Below, piece after piece: positions 1 through 9,843 of a DNA stretch of 20,000 nucleotides. A program made the translations under genes and the position numbers. The stretch is from Malacoraja senta (Eukaryota). How positions within the stretch are numbered: the stretch's first letter is position 1; each line of letters opens with the position of its first letter. The stretch is taken from NCBI GenBank assembly GCA_038087875.1, contig JAXLNO010000029.1:48914-68913 (forward strand), given 5' to 3'. Below the pieces are notes generated by a model. It was not told where the DNA came from, made no database searches, and saw only the letters and a program-made list of their open reading frames with translations.

Positions 1-671
1 AACATTTTCGCCTCACCAGGCCTCGCCAACCCACCGGGCCTCACTGCCTCACTGGGCCTCGCCCCCTCACCGGCACCGCCGAACCTCTCCGTCAAATTGC
101 CGAACATTTTCGCCTCACCGGGACCGCCGAACCTCGCCGCCTCACTGGACATCGTCACCTCACCGTGACCGCTGTACCGCTCCGCCACACTGTACCTCGC
201 CGCCACACCGGGACTGCTGAAACGCTCTGCCTCACCAGGACTGCCAAAGCTCTCCACCTCACCGGGCCTCGCTGCCTCACCGGGCCCACCGTACCTCGCC
301 GCCTCACCGGGACCGCCGTACCTCTCCACCTCACTGGCCCTCGCCATCTCACAGGGACAGCTGAATCTCTCCGTCTCACCGGGCCTCGCCACCTCACCGT
401 GACCGGCGAACCTCTCCGCCTCACCGGGCCTCACCGGGACCGCCGTACCTCGCCGCCTCTCCGGACCTCGCCGCCTCACCGGGACTACCAAAGCTCTCCG
501 CCTCACCAGGACTCGTAAAATTACCGGGACCGCTGAACCTCTCCACCTCACCGGGCCTCGCCATCTCACTGGGACTGACGAACCTCTCTGCCTCACTGGG
601 CCTCGCTGCCTCAAGGTGACCACCGAACCTCACCGCCTCAACGTGACCGCCGAACCTCTCCACCTCACTGG
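1..671. repeat. GC-rich degenerate minisatellite built from 18-nt (CCTCACCGGGCCTCGCCG) and 27-nt (CCTCACCGGGACCGCCGAACCTCTCCG) units; runs off the window start
   Basis: Seen: the CCTCACC/TGGG core recurs throughout 1-671. Unit lengths are multiples of 3, which explains the repetitive ORFs at 155-424, 165-518 and 421-693. Confidence 0.85.
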
Positions 672-827
672 ACTCTTCCTTTCTTCTTCCCATCCCCCTT
701 CCACCACCACATCAGCCTGAAGAAGGGTCTTGACCCGATATGTCGCCTGTTTCCTTTGCTCCATAGATGCTGCCTCACCCGCTGAGTTTCTCCAGCAATT
801 TTGCCTACCTTGGATTTTCCAGCATCA
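672..827 (+). mobile_element. Penelope-like element terminal-repeat fragment (common chondrichthyan interspersed repeat)
   Basis: Seen: CTGAAGAAGGGTCTTGACCCGATATGTC...AGATGCTGCCTCACCCGCTGAGTTTCTCCAGCA. Recognised from memory as the shark/ray repeat carrying a hammerhead-like core; a related piece lies on the minus strand at 19431-19497. Confidence 0.6.
713..749 (+). ncRNA. Degenerate minimal type I hammerhead ribozyme motif (probably inactive)
   Basis: Seen: CTGAAGA (717-723), stem II GGGTC-TT-GACCC (725-736), then GATATGTC where the canonical core is GAAACGTC. Minimal hammerheads are known in Penelope repeats. Confidence 0.55.
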
Positions 828-862
828 AACAAACAATCTTTAATATATTTTTCATTGCATAT

Positions 863-992
863 CTCATGAAAAGCTGCAGAATCAGATCATTACTATCCTC
901 CCCACTGGAATGAGTGGAACATACAGCATAAATCTTGTCTGATGTGACGTTTTTCAGCATTTATTGATATGCAGTGAAGTCCTAGAAACATT
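863..992 (-). pseudogene. Extreme C-terminus of a hAT-like transposase (continues from 2034-2285)
   Basis: Manual minus-strand translation QCF*DFTAYQ*MLKNVTSDKIYAVCSTHSSGEDSND continues directly from ...LLLSSQC at 2034 once 993-2033 is removed. Confidence 0.6.
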
Positions 993-2033
993 TAGCAATG
1001 TTACAAAATTTTGAGATTTTAAAAATCAAGTCTGTAATTTATCCCATCAGATAAAGCATAAAAAGAAGTTTAATTTGACACCTAATTCACTTTCATATCT
1101 TCAGTATTAAAAAGGTTATGGCCATTTTCATACTCTGAAATTAGCATCTTGTTCCCTATTGCTTTTCCATTGACTTAACTCAAAAGCTGTGATCAAGGAC
1201 AGTCAAAAGTCCATAACTTTCTTAAAAATTAAGAGAATTGAATGAAATGTTCAGTTATTATAGATTGAAGCATTCTGAAACAAATATGAAACAATCTTAC
1301 TTGGATGACCTGAAATTAAAGTATATAATTAGTTAGTTACCCAATTGTAGCTAATTACAAAATTCAATTACTAGATCTAAACATCTATCCATTTCTTAAG
1401 AAAAAGTTAACATTTTTAAATAGCCTAAATGTTCAAATAACATTCACAATAATTCACAATATAACATGATTTTTAAATCTCATGGTCATGAATTTATAGG
1501 CCAAATGGAAGGAATTTAGTGTTTAATTCCCGTAAATTAATGGCCATTTTAATAATCTTGCGAGTGGGTTTTTATGGAACGCGCTGGTTTGGAACGTTGC
1601 ATTTGCGGTGAATTTAAACCTAATATCGGCAGGAAAAATACTTCCAGTTCGTATATTTACATAATGACATTTTCGCAACGTGAAATTTTGATTAAAGGCA
1701 CCCTTAGAAGCAAGTTTATATATAAAATAAACGGCTTTCCTTTACCTGTCCCGTACATGAAATCCGTCCCCGTGTCGGCGTTGACGGCTTTAGAAGATTA
1801 TTTTTAATTTACTCCTGTTCGTAAAATATTCAGTGCAGTTTAAAAGAAACTTAATAAAACGGCAATCAAAGCAATTATTCTTTAGCAGCTAAACAGCCTG
1901 ACAGAAATCGATTTGATCAGGCTGGAGAAACAAGGCATTTTAAACCCGCCCATCTCTCAAAGGCGCCAAAGTCGCGCACACGGACAGCGACAGATCTGCA
2001 GCGTCGCTGAAGGTAGGTTTTGTAACATACCTA
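993..2033. mobile_element. Non-autonomous TIR DNA transposon (~1.04 kb, hAT-like), imperfect 16-bp TIRs, apparent 7-bp TSD
   Basis: Left end TAGCAATGTTACAAAA (993-1008); reverse complement of right end TAGGTATGTTACAAAA (2018-2033), 14/16. Flanks AAACATT (986-992) and CAACATT (2034-2040). It interrupts a continuous transposase frame. Confidence 0.75.
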
Positions 2034-2285
2034 CAACATTGGCTTGAAAGCAATAGACTTTCACAACAGCATCAAGAAGATTCAGCTGCATTCTGTTTCT
2101 TGCCTTCGTTTTTACAGAGGATAGAAGAGAAATATCCTCTCAACGACAGCATTGCTGACAGGGGTTATTAGGCAAGTAAGGGCAAAGGTGGCAAGCTCTT
2201 TAAATGCCTGATGCTGAAGTACACCAATCCAAAACTGTTCAGTGTCTGTCGGAGTCTTTTTCGTAAATGGAGCTTCTTCTTTCCA
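2034..2285 (-). pseudogene. hAT-family transposase C-terminal dimerisation-domain remnant
   Basis: WKEEAPF...EQFWIGVLQHQAFKELATFALTCLITPVSNAVVERIF, then after a frameshift SSVKTKARNRMQLNLLDAVV. This fits the hAT dimerisation pattern (FW...L...S.A..ER.FS...K...RNR). Confidence 0.75.
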
Positions 2286-2877
2286 TCTATATCTGCCATA
2301 CGGTGTGTTAAATGTCGTAAGCTGAGAACTCTCATCATCCAGTTCCACATGCCAAAACCCATTCTTGACGTCAAACGTGCTGAAGACATTGGCTTCATTC
2401 AGGTCTGTGAGGACATCTTCAATCGTTGTCATTGGGTAATGACTTCTTTTCAGCCCCTTGTTCAGATCCCTCGGGTCTAAACACATTCTCAACTTTCCAT
2501 TGGGCTTTTCTACACACACAAGGCTGGATACCCTTGGAGTGTGGGTCTCTACTGGGGCAATTACTTCAGCTTCTGTTAGTCTGTCTATCCTGTTTCAGCT
2601 TATTCCGTAAGGCTACAGGGACTCTTCGTGGAGGGTGGATCACCAGCGTTACACTGTCATCTACCTGCAGACGGTACTTGCCCTCGAATTTACCTGTCCC
2701 TTCAAACACATCAGCATACTCAGCCATCATTCTTTCCTTGCTCAGAGAGATCTCACTGCCATTCAGTTCTCTGTACAGACTGAGATGAGTCCCATCTGCT
2801 GGGCTGCCCTTCTTCCCAGGATTGGAATGCAGTCTTCCTCCAGGACTACAAACTCTACTTTGTATCTCCTTCCATAC
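2283..2877 (-). pseudogene. pol: Gypsy element A pol: end of protease region and N-terminal half of RT, truncated after YGRYRW
   Basis: YGRRYKVEFVVLEEDCIPILGR...HPPRRVPVALR...KPNGKLRMCLDPRDLNK...FDVKNGFWHVELDDESSQLTTFNTPYGRYRW are typical Ty3/Gypsy RT motifs. Confidence 0.92.
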
Positions 2878-2886
2878 ACCTGAACA

Positions 2887-3060
2887 CTAACAAAACGAAA
2901 TGCCGACATAGCCCGACAAGCACGATACCTTAAGAAACAGAAAAAAATACTAAATACCTGGACTGCAAACTGTAAAATCTTTATTAAATTAAATGGAACA
3001 CCAGAGGAAGCCAAAGTGCTGGTCATCAGAGATATTACAGACCTGGACAAATACCAATGA
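2887..3060 (+). pseudogene. LINE ORF1 C-terminal fragment (absent from the ORF track because it has no start codon)
   Basis: LTKRNADIARQARYLKKQKKILNTWTANCKIFIKLNGTPEEAKVLVIRDITDLDKYQ* resembles the (EH)LTK.N...W..NCK.FIK C-terminus of CR1/L2-group ORF1. Confidence 0.8.
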
Positions 3061-3066
3061 TCATAA

Positions 3067-5161
3067 AACGGGAAAACACTGGAAGGAATTCAGTCATTTA
3101 CATCTGGAAATGGCAGTCAAGTAATTAAAATAATAAGCGAAAAGAAACAACTGAAGTTACAACCATTTGAATATACCGATCACAATTTACAGGATTTGGA
3201 ATACGATATAGACCCGGACAATAATTTTTACTTTAATTCTAACGACAAAAATATCTGCTGCTACTACACAGAGGAACAGTATAATCAGAATATTAATGCA
3301 AAAGGCAAATTATCTATTATCCACTTTAATAGCAGGAGCCTCTATGCGAATTTCAATAGTATTAAAGAGTATTTACAAAAAATTTTACAGCCATTCAATG
3401 TCATCGCAATATCTGAAACATGGATTAATCAAGAAAAGGGAATTGATTTTGAGATGGACGGATATGATTTCAATTACATCAATAGAAAAAATAAGGGGGG
3501 AGGAGGGGTAGCACTATATGTGGATACAACTCTGAATTATAAGGTAGTAGATAATATGACAACTGTGGTTGACAATCTGCATGAATGTATAACTATAGAA
3601 ATAATTAATGGTGGAAATAAAAATGTAATCATTAGTTGTATATATAGGGCACCGGGGTCAAGTATTGAAATCTTCAGGGGCTGGATGGAGAGTATGTTTT
3701 CAGCAACAAGTAGTAAATCAGTGTTTTTATGTGGAGATTTCAATATTGACCTACTAAATCCTAATCAACACAACCTTACAGAAGAGTTTATTAATACTAT
3801 GTACAGCATGAGTCTATTTCCTAAAATCACTAGACCGAGTAGAATTACTTCCCATTGCGCTACACTCATTGACAATATATTTAACAATGATGTGGAAAAT
3901 AAAATAGTAAGTGGATTATTAATTAATGATATAAGTGACCATCTGCCAGTTTTTATAGTTTATGATAATATCCACAGGAACAACAAACCAAACAAATTAA
4001 TAGAATATAGACGAGTGAGATCGGAGGAAGCTATCAATGCACTAAAAAAGGATCTATTGGCACAAAACTGGGATATAATATACCAAAAAAGAGACATTGA
4101 TAGTGCTTATGAAATTTATTGCTATGTTTAAGTTATTATATGATAAAAATTGTCCAATTAAAGAATATAATAGAAAATCAAAATATACTAAATGTCCATG
4201 GATTACAAAGGGATTACAAAATGCTTGTAAAAAAAAAAAAGCCCTATACAGAGATTTTATAAGAGAGAGAACTAAAGATACAGAAAATAAATATAAAAAG
4301 TATAAAAATAAATTAACTTACATCATAAGAGAAAGCAAGAAAGATTATTATAAGAAGAAATTAGATGACAATAAAGACAATATAAAAAGAATATGGAGCA
4401 TACTTAATAGCATTATCAGAAATGGTCCGGGGAGAACAAATTACCTGAAGTATTTTATTGATAATGATAAGGAAAATTACAATATGGAAGATATAGCTAA
4501 TAGCTTTAATAATTTTTTTGTAAATATTGGACCAGACCTGGCTAAACAAATCCCTGATTCAGGGACATCTGGAGAAACTCCTGAGAATTTAGTGGAGAGA
4601 AATCCCTGCTCTATGTTTCTTACGGCAGTAGAAGAAAAAGAACTGTTGGATATTGTCAAAACATGTAAAAATAAAAAGTCTACCGATTTCAATGACATTG
4701 ACATGTCGCTAGTTAAGATGGTCATTGAGGGGATCTCCAAACCTTTAACATTCATCTGTAATTTATCCTTCCAAACCGGTACTTTTCCAATTCAAATGAA
4801 AATAGCAAAAATAATACCAATATACAAAACTGGGAACAAGCATCATTTTACAAACTATAGACCTGTTTCCTTACTCCCACAATTTTCCAAAATATTAGAA
4901 AAAATGTTTAATAATAGATTAGACAAATGTGTAGAAAAGAATAAATTAATCACAGAAAGTCAATATGGATTCAGAACAAATAGATCAACATCACTTGCAA
5001 TACTAGAATTAATTGAAGACATCACAAACGCCATTGATAAGAAATTATATGCAGCTGGGATATTCATTGACATAAAAAAAGCATTTGATACAATTAATCA
5101 TGATATTTTATTTAAAAAATTGGAGAGGTATGGAAGTAGAGGAATAGTACTGGACTGGATT
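3067..5161 (+). pseudogene. LINE ORF2 5' part: AP endonuclease and RT N-terminus; one frameshift near 4113
   Basis: HFNSRSL, ISETW, GGGVALYV, IYRAP, CGDFNIDLL, TLIDNIF, SDHLP (APE); NYRPVSLL, QYGFR, FIDIKKAFDTINH (RT). Ends at ...VLDWI at the DIRS junction. Confidence 0.95.
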
Positions 5162-5220
5162 TTACTTCGGAGTCCCGTGAGTGACTACGTGAAGAAGCCC
5201 GTCAGTGCGCCTGCGCGTCA
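5159..5220. repeat. DIRS left inverted terminal repeat
   Basis: 5186-5220 is the exact reverse complement of 9844-9878 (35 bp); 5159-5195 matches ICR 9607-9643 at 36/37. Confidence 0.95.
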
Positions 5221-5346
5221 TTACGTCAGACGCCTTGACGCAAACGGACGTGAGGAGCAGTGCTCCTCGAGTGGTTTGTAGTTTTTCAACTACAAGGTAA
5301 GTAAAAACTTTTTTACAGGTTTTTCAGGTCCGTTTACTGTGGGTCT

Positions 5347-6590
5347 ATGGCGATTTTTTCCACAGACGCCATGGGAAAAAACGGACAGGGGGAAGAGGCG
5401 AGCGACATAGCCGACAGAAGTCGGGAAAGTCGGGAGTCCGCGGTTAGAGACCAACCGCCTCTAAACCCCAGTACAGTCGCCAGCGGTGAGCATTGCGACT
5501 GTGGACCTGGGACTGGTGAAAACACAGTCAGTGCCTGTCGGGCAAAAGACAAAGTTTAAATCCCAACGGAGGGAGTCCCAGGCAATGAAGAAGCTCCAGG
5601 GCTAGATACTGCTTTAGAGCGTATTGCCCAAATAGAAAGCCTTTTACACAGGCTGTTGGAGCAACGTTCACTCAGTGAGGAGTGTTCTGAAAGCCAAGCT
5701 GCTGGAAACAGCTCAAACAGCTCCTGGTACAGGGCTAGATACTGCTTTCGAGCGTATTGCCCAAATAGAAGCCTTTTTCATAGGTTGTTGGAGCAAAAGT
5801 TCACTCAGGAAGGAGTGTACTGTAATCCAAGCTGCAGGAGCAGCTTAACAGCACCTGGCTCAGGGCTGATGGAATGCACTCAGGAATGAGGAGCGTGCTA
5901 CGGGTCATGAGATTTCAGACCCCGACTCTGACGGTGAGGCTGTACAAGGCGATGAAAGGCAGCTGCCAGATGTTTCAACCCTGGTAGTAGGATTCGCTGC
6001 CCCGTCAGGGTCAGGAGAGCCATTAGGAAGAACTGGCCTCCTTAATAAATTACTTGGTTTACCATTAGCTGGAACAGCATGAAATGGATGAGACTGCAAG
6101 AGTATCTGGAATCAGTTGCAGAGAATATTAAAGCTGCTGGGTTCTGGAATAACTGCTTTTACCAGAATAGCAGGTAACAACCAAAAGATGACGAAGTTGC
6201 ATCAGCAAGCACTGGGGTTGCTATGCAGCACCCACTTCGAGAAGTGCTATACGGTCTACTATGAATCCGAAATTCGCAGCACTCTGCAAACCAAGTAATA
6301 TACAAATTACCCAACTTACTCTTTGGAGAGATCTCGGGAGACGTATTAAAGAGTTGGAAGATGAAGCGAAAACAGGATTGATGAAGACATCAATGGTTGT
6401 GAAGTCTGTAAAGAGGAAGTATCCTTTCAGACGTCATAAGGATCCTGGACCAAGTCGCTCATCAACGCAGGGACGTAGTTGGCGGCCTGCAGCGGGAGCA
6501 AGAACCAGTGGGCGTGCTTCCGGGAGAACCCAGGAATCTCAGGGTACTGAAATTACTCAAGAGGTAGGTGGACCTGGTTCTCATGGGAAC
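5347..6590 (+). pseudogene. gag: DIRS gag-like ORF1 remnant (fragmented, probably internally deleted)
   Basis: Lies between the left ITR and RT. C-terminal NPKFAALCKPSNIQIT...DLGRRIKELEDEAKT followed by a basic low-complexity tract resembles DIRS ORF1; multiple frame breaks; boundaries approximate. Confidence 0.6.
5597..5867 (+). repeat. Diverged tandem duplication of ~132 bp inside DIRS gag
   Basis: CAGGGCTAGATACTGCTTT.GAGCGTATTGCCCAAATAGAA starts at 5597 and 5730; a third CAGGGCT starts at 5861. Confidence 0.9.
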
Positions 6591-6599
6591 ATACTAACT

Positions 6600-8075
6600 G
6601 GATTAAGTCCAAAAGTTGGAGGCAGGTTACATTTCTTCTATAATAATTGGAAGAAAATTACTTCAGATGTGGTAATCCTGAATAATATACAAGGATTTCG
6701 AATTGAATTCAATCCAAATTATGATTTGCCTGTTCAGCATGTTCCTAGCCGAACTCTGCACTTTGTACAAAAAGAAGTGATGGAGGTTCAGGTTGCAATT
6801 GAAACCCTATATAAAAAAAAAGGGGTTATTGAAAAATCAGTCTACCAAAGTCACCAATTTGTGTCAAAAATATTCCCTCGATCAAAAAAGGATGGAGGAT
6901 GTAGGATTCTTGTAGATTTGATAAATCTGAATCCTTTTGTGCAATTTAGACATTTTAAAATGGAAACATTTGTGACTGCCAAACAGCTTATTTCAGAAGC
7001 ATGTTATATGGCAACTATAGACTTGAAAGATGCATATTATTCAGTGTCTGTTCATTCAGAAGATAGGAAGTATCTTAAATTTAAATGGATGAACCAGTTG
7101 TGGCAGTTCAAAGCTCTGCCTAATGGGTTAATATCTGCACTCAGAATATTCACAAAAATTGTTAAAACCAATTCTGGGCTTGCTGAGTAGCCAGGGACAT
7201 GTACTAATGGCATATTTGGATGATGTCTTGATTATAGGAAAGACAAAACAGTCAACAGAAGTATCTGTTACAGTTGTGAAATCAACTTTTGAAAAGTTGG
7301 GGTTTCTAATTCATCCACAGAAATCTAGGTTAACACCATGTACCTCTATTAATTATTTGGGGTTCACAATTGATTCAGTCCAAATGAATATCACTTTGCC
7401 CAGGGAAAAGGGTGGATTTGATTAAAGATTGCAGTAATCTCCTAAACGAGCAAAAACCTTCAATTAGACAGGTGGCTCGTGTACTGGGAAAATTAGTAGC
7501 AGCATTCCCAGCAGTCCAATTTGGACCATTACATTATCAACAGCTGCAGAGACTTAAAGAACAGGCACCGAGAATGCATGTTGGTCATTTTGATAGAACC
7601 ATGCAACTAACGACAAATGCTGTTTCTGGTCTGCAGTGGTGGATTCTACATGTCTCAAGCAGTTCCAGCAAAGTGCTGATTGAACAACCTTCCATGATAT
7701 TACAAACTGATGCCAGTGCACCAGGATGGGGTGCAACTGACTTAACATCTAGCTGAGGAGGCAGATGGAATCAGGAAGCGTCATTGTTACTGCAGACATG
7801 GGGAATTAACTATTTGGAGCTTCTAGGATGTTTCTATGGGCTCCAAGCTTATTGTTCTAACACAACTAATAAGCATGTTCAAGTTCAAATTGATAACACA
7901 ACAGTAGTTGTTTATATTAATGATATGGAATTAAGTCGGTGTCTTGTGACAAAATGGTTAATCAACTTTGGGCTTGGTGTATTGAAAAGAACATTTGGAT
8001 TTCAGCTATCTATCTACCAGGGAGAATGAACGATAGCAGACACCAAGTCACGAAAAGTTCCATGATAATAAAGAA
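6600..8075 (+). pseudogene. pol: DIRS reverse transcriptase and RNase H (several frameshifts and a stop)
   Basis: VGGRLHFFYNNW, KKDGGCRILVDL, HFKMET, IDLKDAYY, LPNGL, YLDD (7213-7224), YLGF; RNase H TDASAPGWGA, INYLEL, IDNTT. Confidence 0.95.
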
Positions 8076-8078
8076 TGG

Positions 8079-8459
8079 ATGTTGAATCAAGAGGTATTCA
8101 ATGATATAGTCATCAGATTTGGAATGACCGACATCGACTTGAATCATCAGCTATCGAGATATGTCTCATGGAAACCAGATCCAGGAGCAGTGGCGATTGA
8201 TGCTTTCTCGCTACATTGGGGTGGTATGTTTTCATATATATTTCCACCTTTCTGCCTCATAAGCCAATGTTTGCTTAAAATCAGGCAAGATGCTGCTTCA
8301 AGGGTATTGGTAGTACCAGATTGGCCTACACAGCCATGGTATCCGTTGATATTAGAATTAACAACACAAATGTTGATGAAAGTCCCAAAAAAGAGTAATT
8401 TATTGCTGCTCCCTGTACAGGGGAACAACATCCATTATATGATTGTTTGGATTTGTTGA
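8079..8459 (+). pseudogene. DIRS N6-adenine methyltransferase-like (MT) domain
   Basis: DAFSLHW...YIFPPF (FPPF 8241-8252)...VVPDWPTQPWYP, located between RNase H and YR as in DIRS1-like elements. Confidence 0.88.
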
Positions 8460-8475
8460 TTTGCAGGTTTTAAGA

Positions 8476-9438
8476 ATGCCTTTTCTGGGACGAGGACTGT
8501 CTGAGCATACTGTGGACATGCTTACGGCAGCCTGGAGGAAGAGCACTCAAAAACAGTACCTTTCTTATATTAAGAAATGGGAAAAGTTCTGGGTACAAAA
8601 GAATGTGCAATAAAGTACTGCAGATATTTCAAATGTTTAGAATTTCTGTCAAAACTTTATTATGATGAAGGTCTGAGTTGTAGTGCAATTAATTCAGCCA
8701 GAAGTGCATTGTCCTCATATTTGGTTCTGGATTCAGAAAGAAACTCAATTGGGTCACACCCAATTGTTTCCAGACTAATGAAAGGAATCTTTAATTCCAA
8801 ACCACCGAAACCTAGGTACGTGACAATCTGGGATGTAAGTGTGGTACTGAAACTACTTCGTGATGGTTATCAAGTGTGTCTTTACCTTTGGTCAAGCTCA
8901 GTATGAAAGTATTCATGTTTATGGCATGAGTGACAGCACAACGAGTGCAAACACTTGGAAAATTACAAATAGATAGTATGGAAGTAACTGAAGACAAGGT
9001 TACATTCTATATCTATGACCTAATAAAGCAAATTAGGCCAGGTGTGACAGGATTTAAAATTATGCTGGCAGCATATCCAAATGATCCATGTCTTTGTATT
9101 AAGACATATTTATTACAATACATTGAGGTCACAAAGAATTTGAGAATACGGAAACTGGGTTTTTGATCACACACAAGAAACCACACAAGAGAGTTTCAAT
9201 ACAGACTATTTCCAGATGGATAAAAGAAGTCTTAACAGCTCCTGGTATTAACACTTATGTTTTTACGTCTCACTCGACTAGGGCAGCAGAAATGTCGGCG
9301 GCCAGGGCAAAAGACGGCCCCGTCGACCATATCCTCGCAGCCGCCGGGTGGTCCAATGAGTTGATGTTTCAACATTTTTACCATCGGCCTATTGTTAATG
9401 CGGGGTTGTTTGCAGAAACTATTTTAAGTTCTGTGTAA
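8476..9438 (+). pseudogene. DIRS tyrosine recombinase (split over at least four reading segments)
   Basis: AAWRKSTQKQY..YIKKW, INSARSALS, HPIVSRLMKGIFNSKPPKPRY..WDV, TAQRVQTL, TISRWIK, HSTRAA (9271-9288), AAGWS...FQHFY (R-HxxR-W-Y catalytic set). Confidence 0.93.
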
Positions 9439-9606
9439 ATTCCTCTGGTTTAAAGGGGATCTGATTCATTTCATTCTTGAAATGAATTACTGCATTTGTG
9501 GTACAAATGTTATTATGAATGCATGATTGATTATTCTCGTTCCGAGTCAATCTATGCAGTGAGAAGCCGGGATTGATCCACGGCATGAAATCACAAAGCT
9601 TTAAAA

Positions 9607-9720
9607 TCTTCACGTAGTCACTCACGTGACTCCGAAGTAAAATAGTAAGATTAAACGAGAACTTACCTAAGTTTGAAGTTTGATCTTTATTTTATGAGGA
9701 GTTACGTAGGTGATTACGTG
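9607..9720. repeat. DIRS internal complementary region (ICR)
   Basis: 9607-9643 is the reverse complement of the left end 5159-5195 (1 mismatch); 9641-9720 is the exact reverse complement of the right end 9873-9952 (80/80). The two parts overlap by AAT. Confidence 0.97.
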
Positions 9721-9843
9721 CCCGCCACGACCCTACCCTCTATCATAAAGGTCAGATGGAAGTTCTTGTATTACTCGTTTTAGTATGAGACTATATTACT
9801 TCGGTTCTTGTTTTTTGTGATTTCACACCGCTGCTTTGAAGAT

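Noticed and set aside
1..671. Repeat array as a CRISPR or repeat-spacer array
   Set aside because: There are no unique spacers; the units are contiguous degenerate copies, and no cas genes are present.
1574..1807. 77-aa ORF inside the TIR element
   Set aside because: Short, with no transposase motifs; consistent with chance.
2112..2519. ORF apparently fusing Gypsy RT to a hAT dimerisation domain (a novel chimeric protein?)
   Set aside because: Both halves are truncated and frameshifted remnants (RT stops before YxDD); the in-frame join at ~2283 is best explained as a chance deletion junction.
4097..5281. C-terminal tail LLRSPVSDYVKK... of the 394-aa ORF
   Set aside because: This is read-through into the DIRS left ITR after 5161; the real ORF2 continues at 9953.
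6261..9438. RT + methyltransferase + phage-integrase-like recombinase read as a prokaryotic defence, retron or DGR system
   Set aside because: The domain order, the ITR/ICR structure and the eukaryotic repeat context identify a known DIRS1-type retrotransposon.
9660..9670. ACTTACCT resembling the U1 snRNA 5' end
   Set aside because: No further U1 similarity follows; it is part of the ICR, complementary to 9925-9932.
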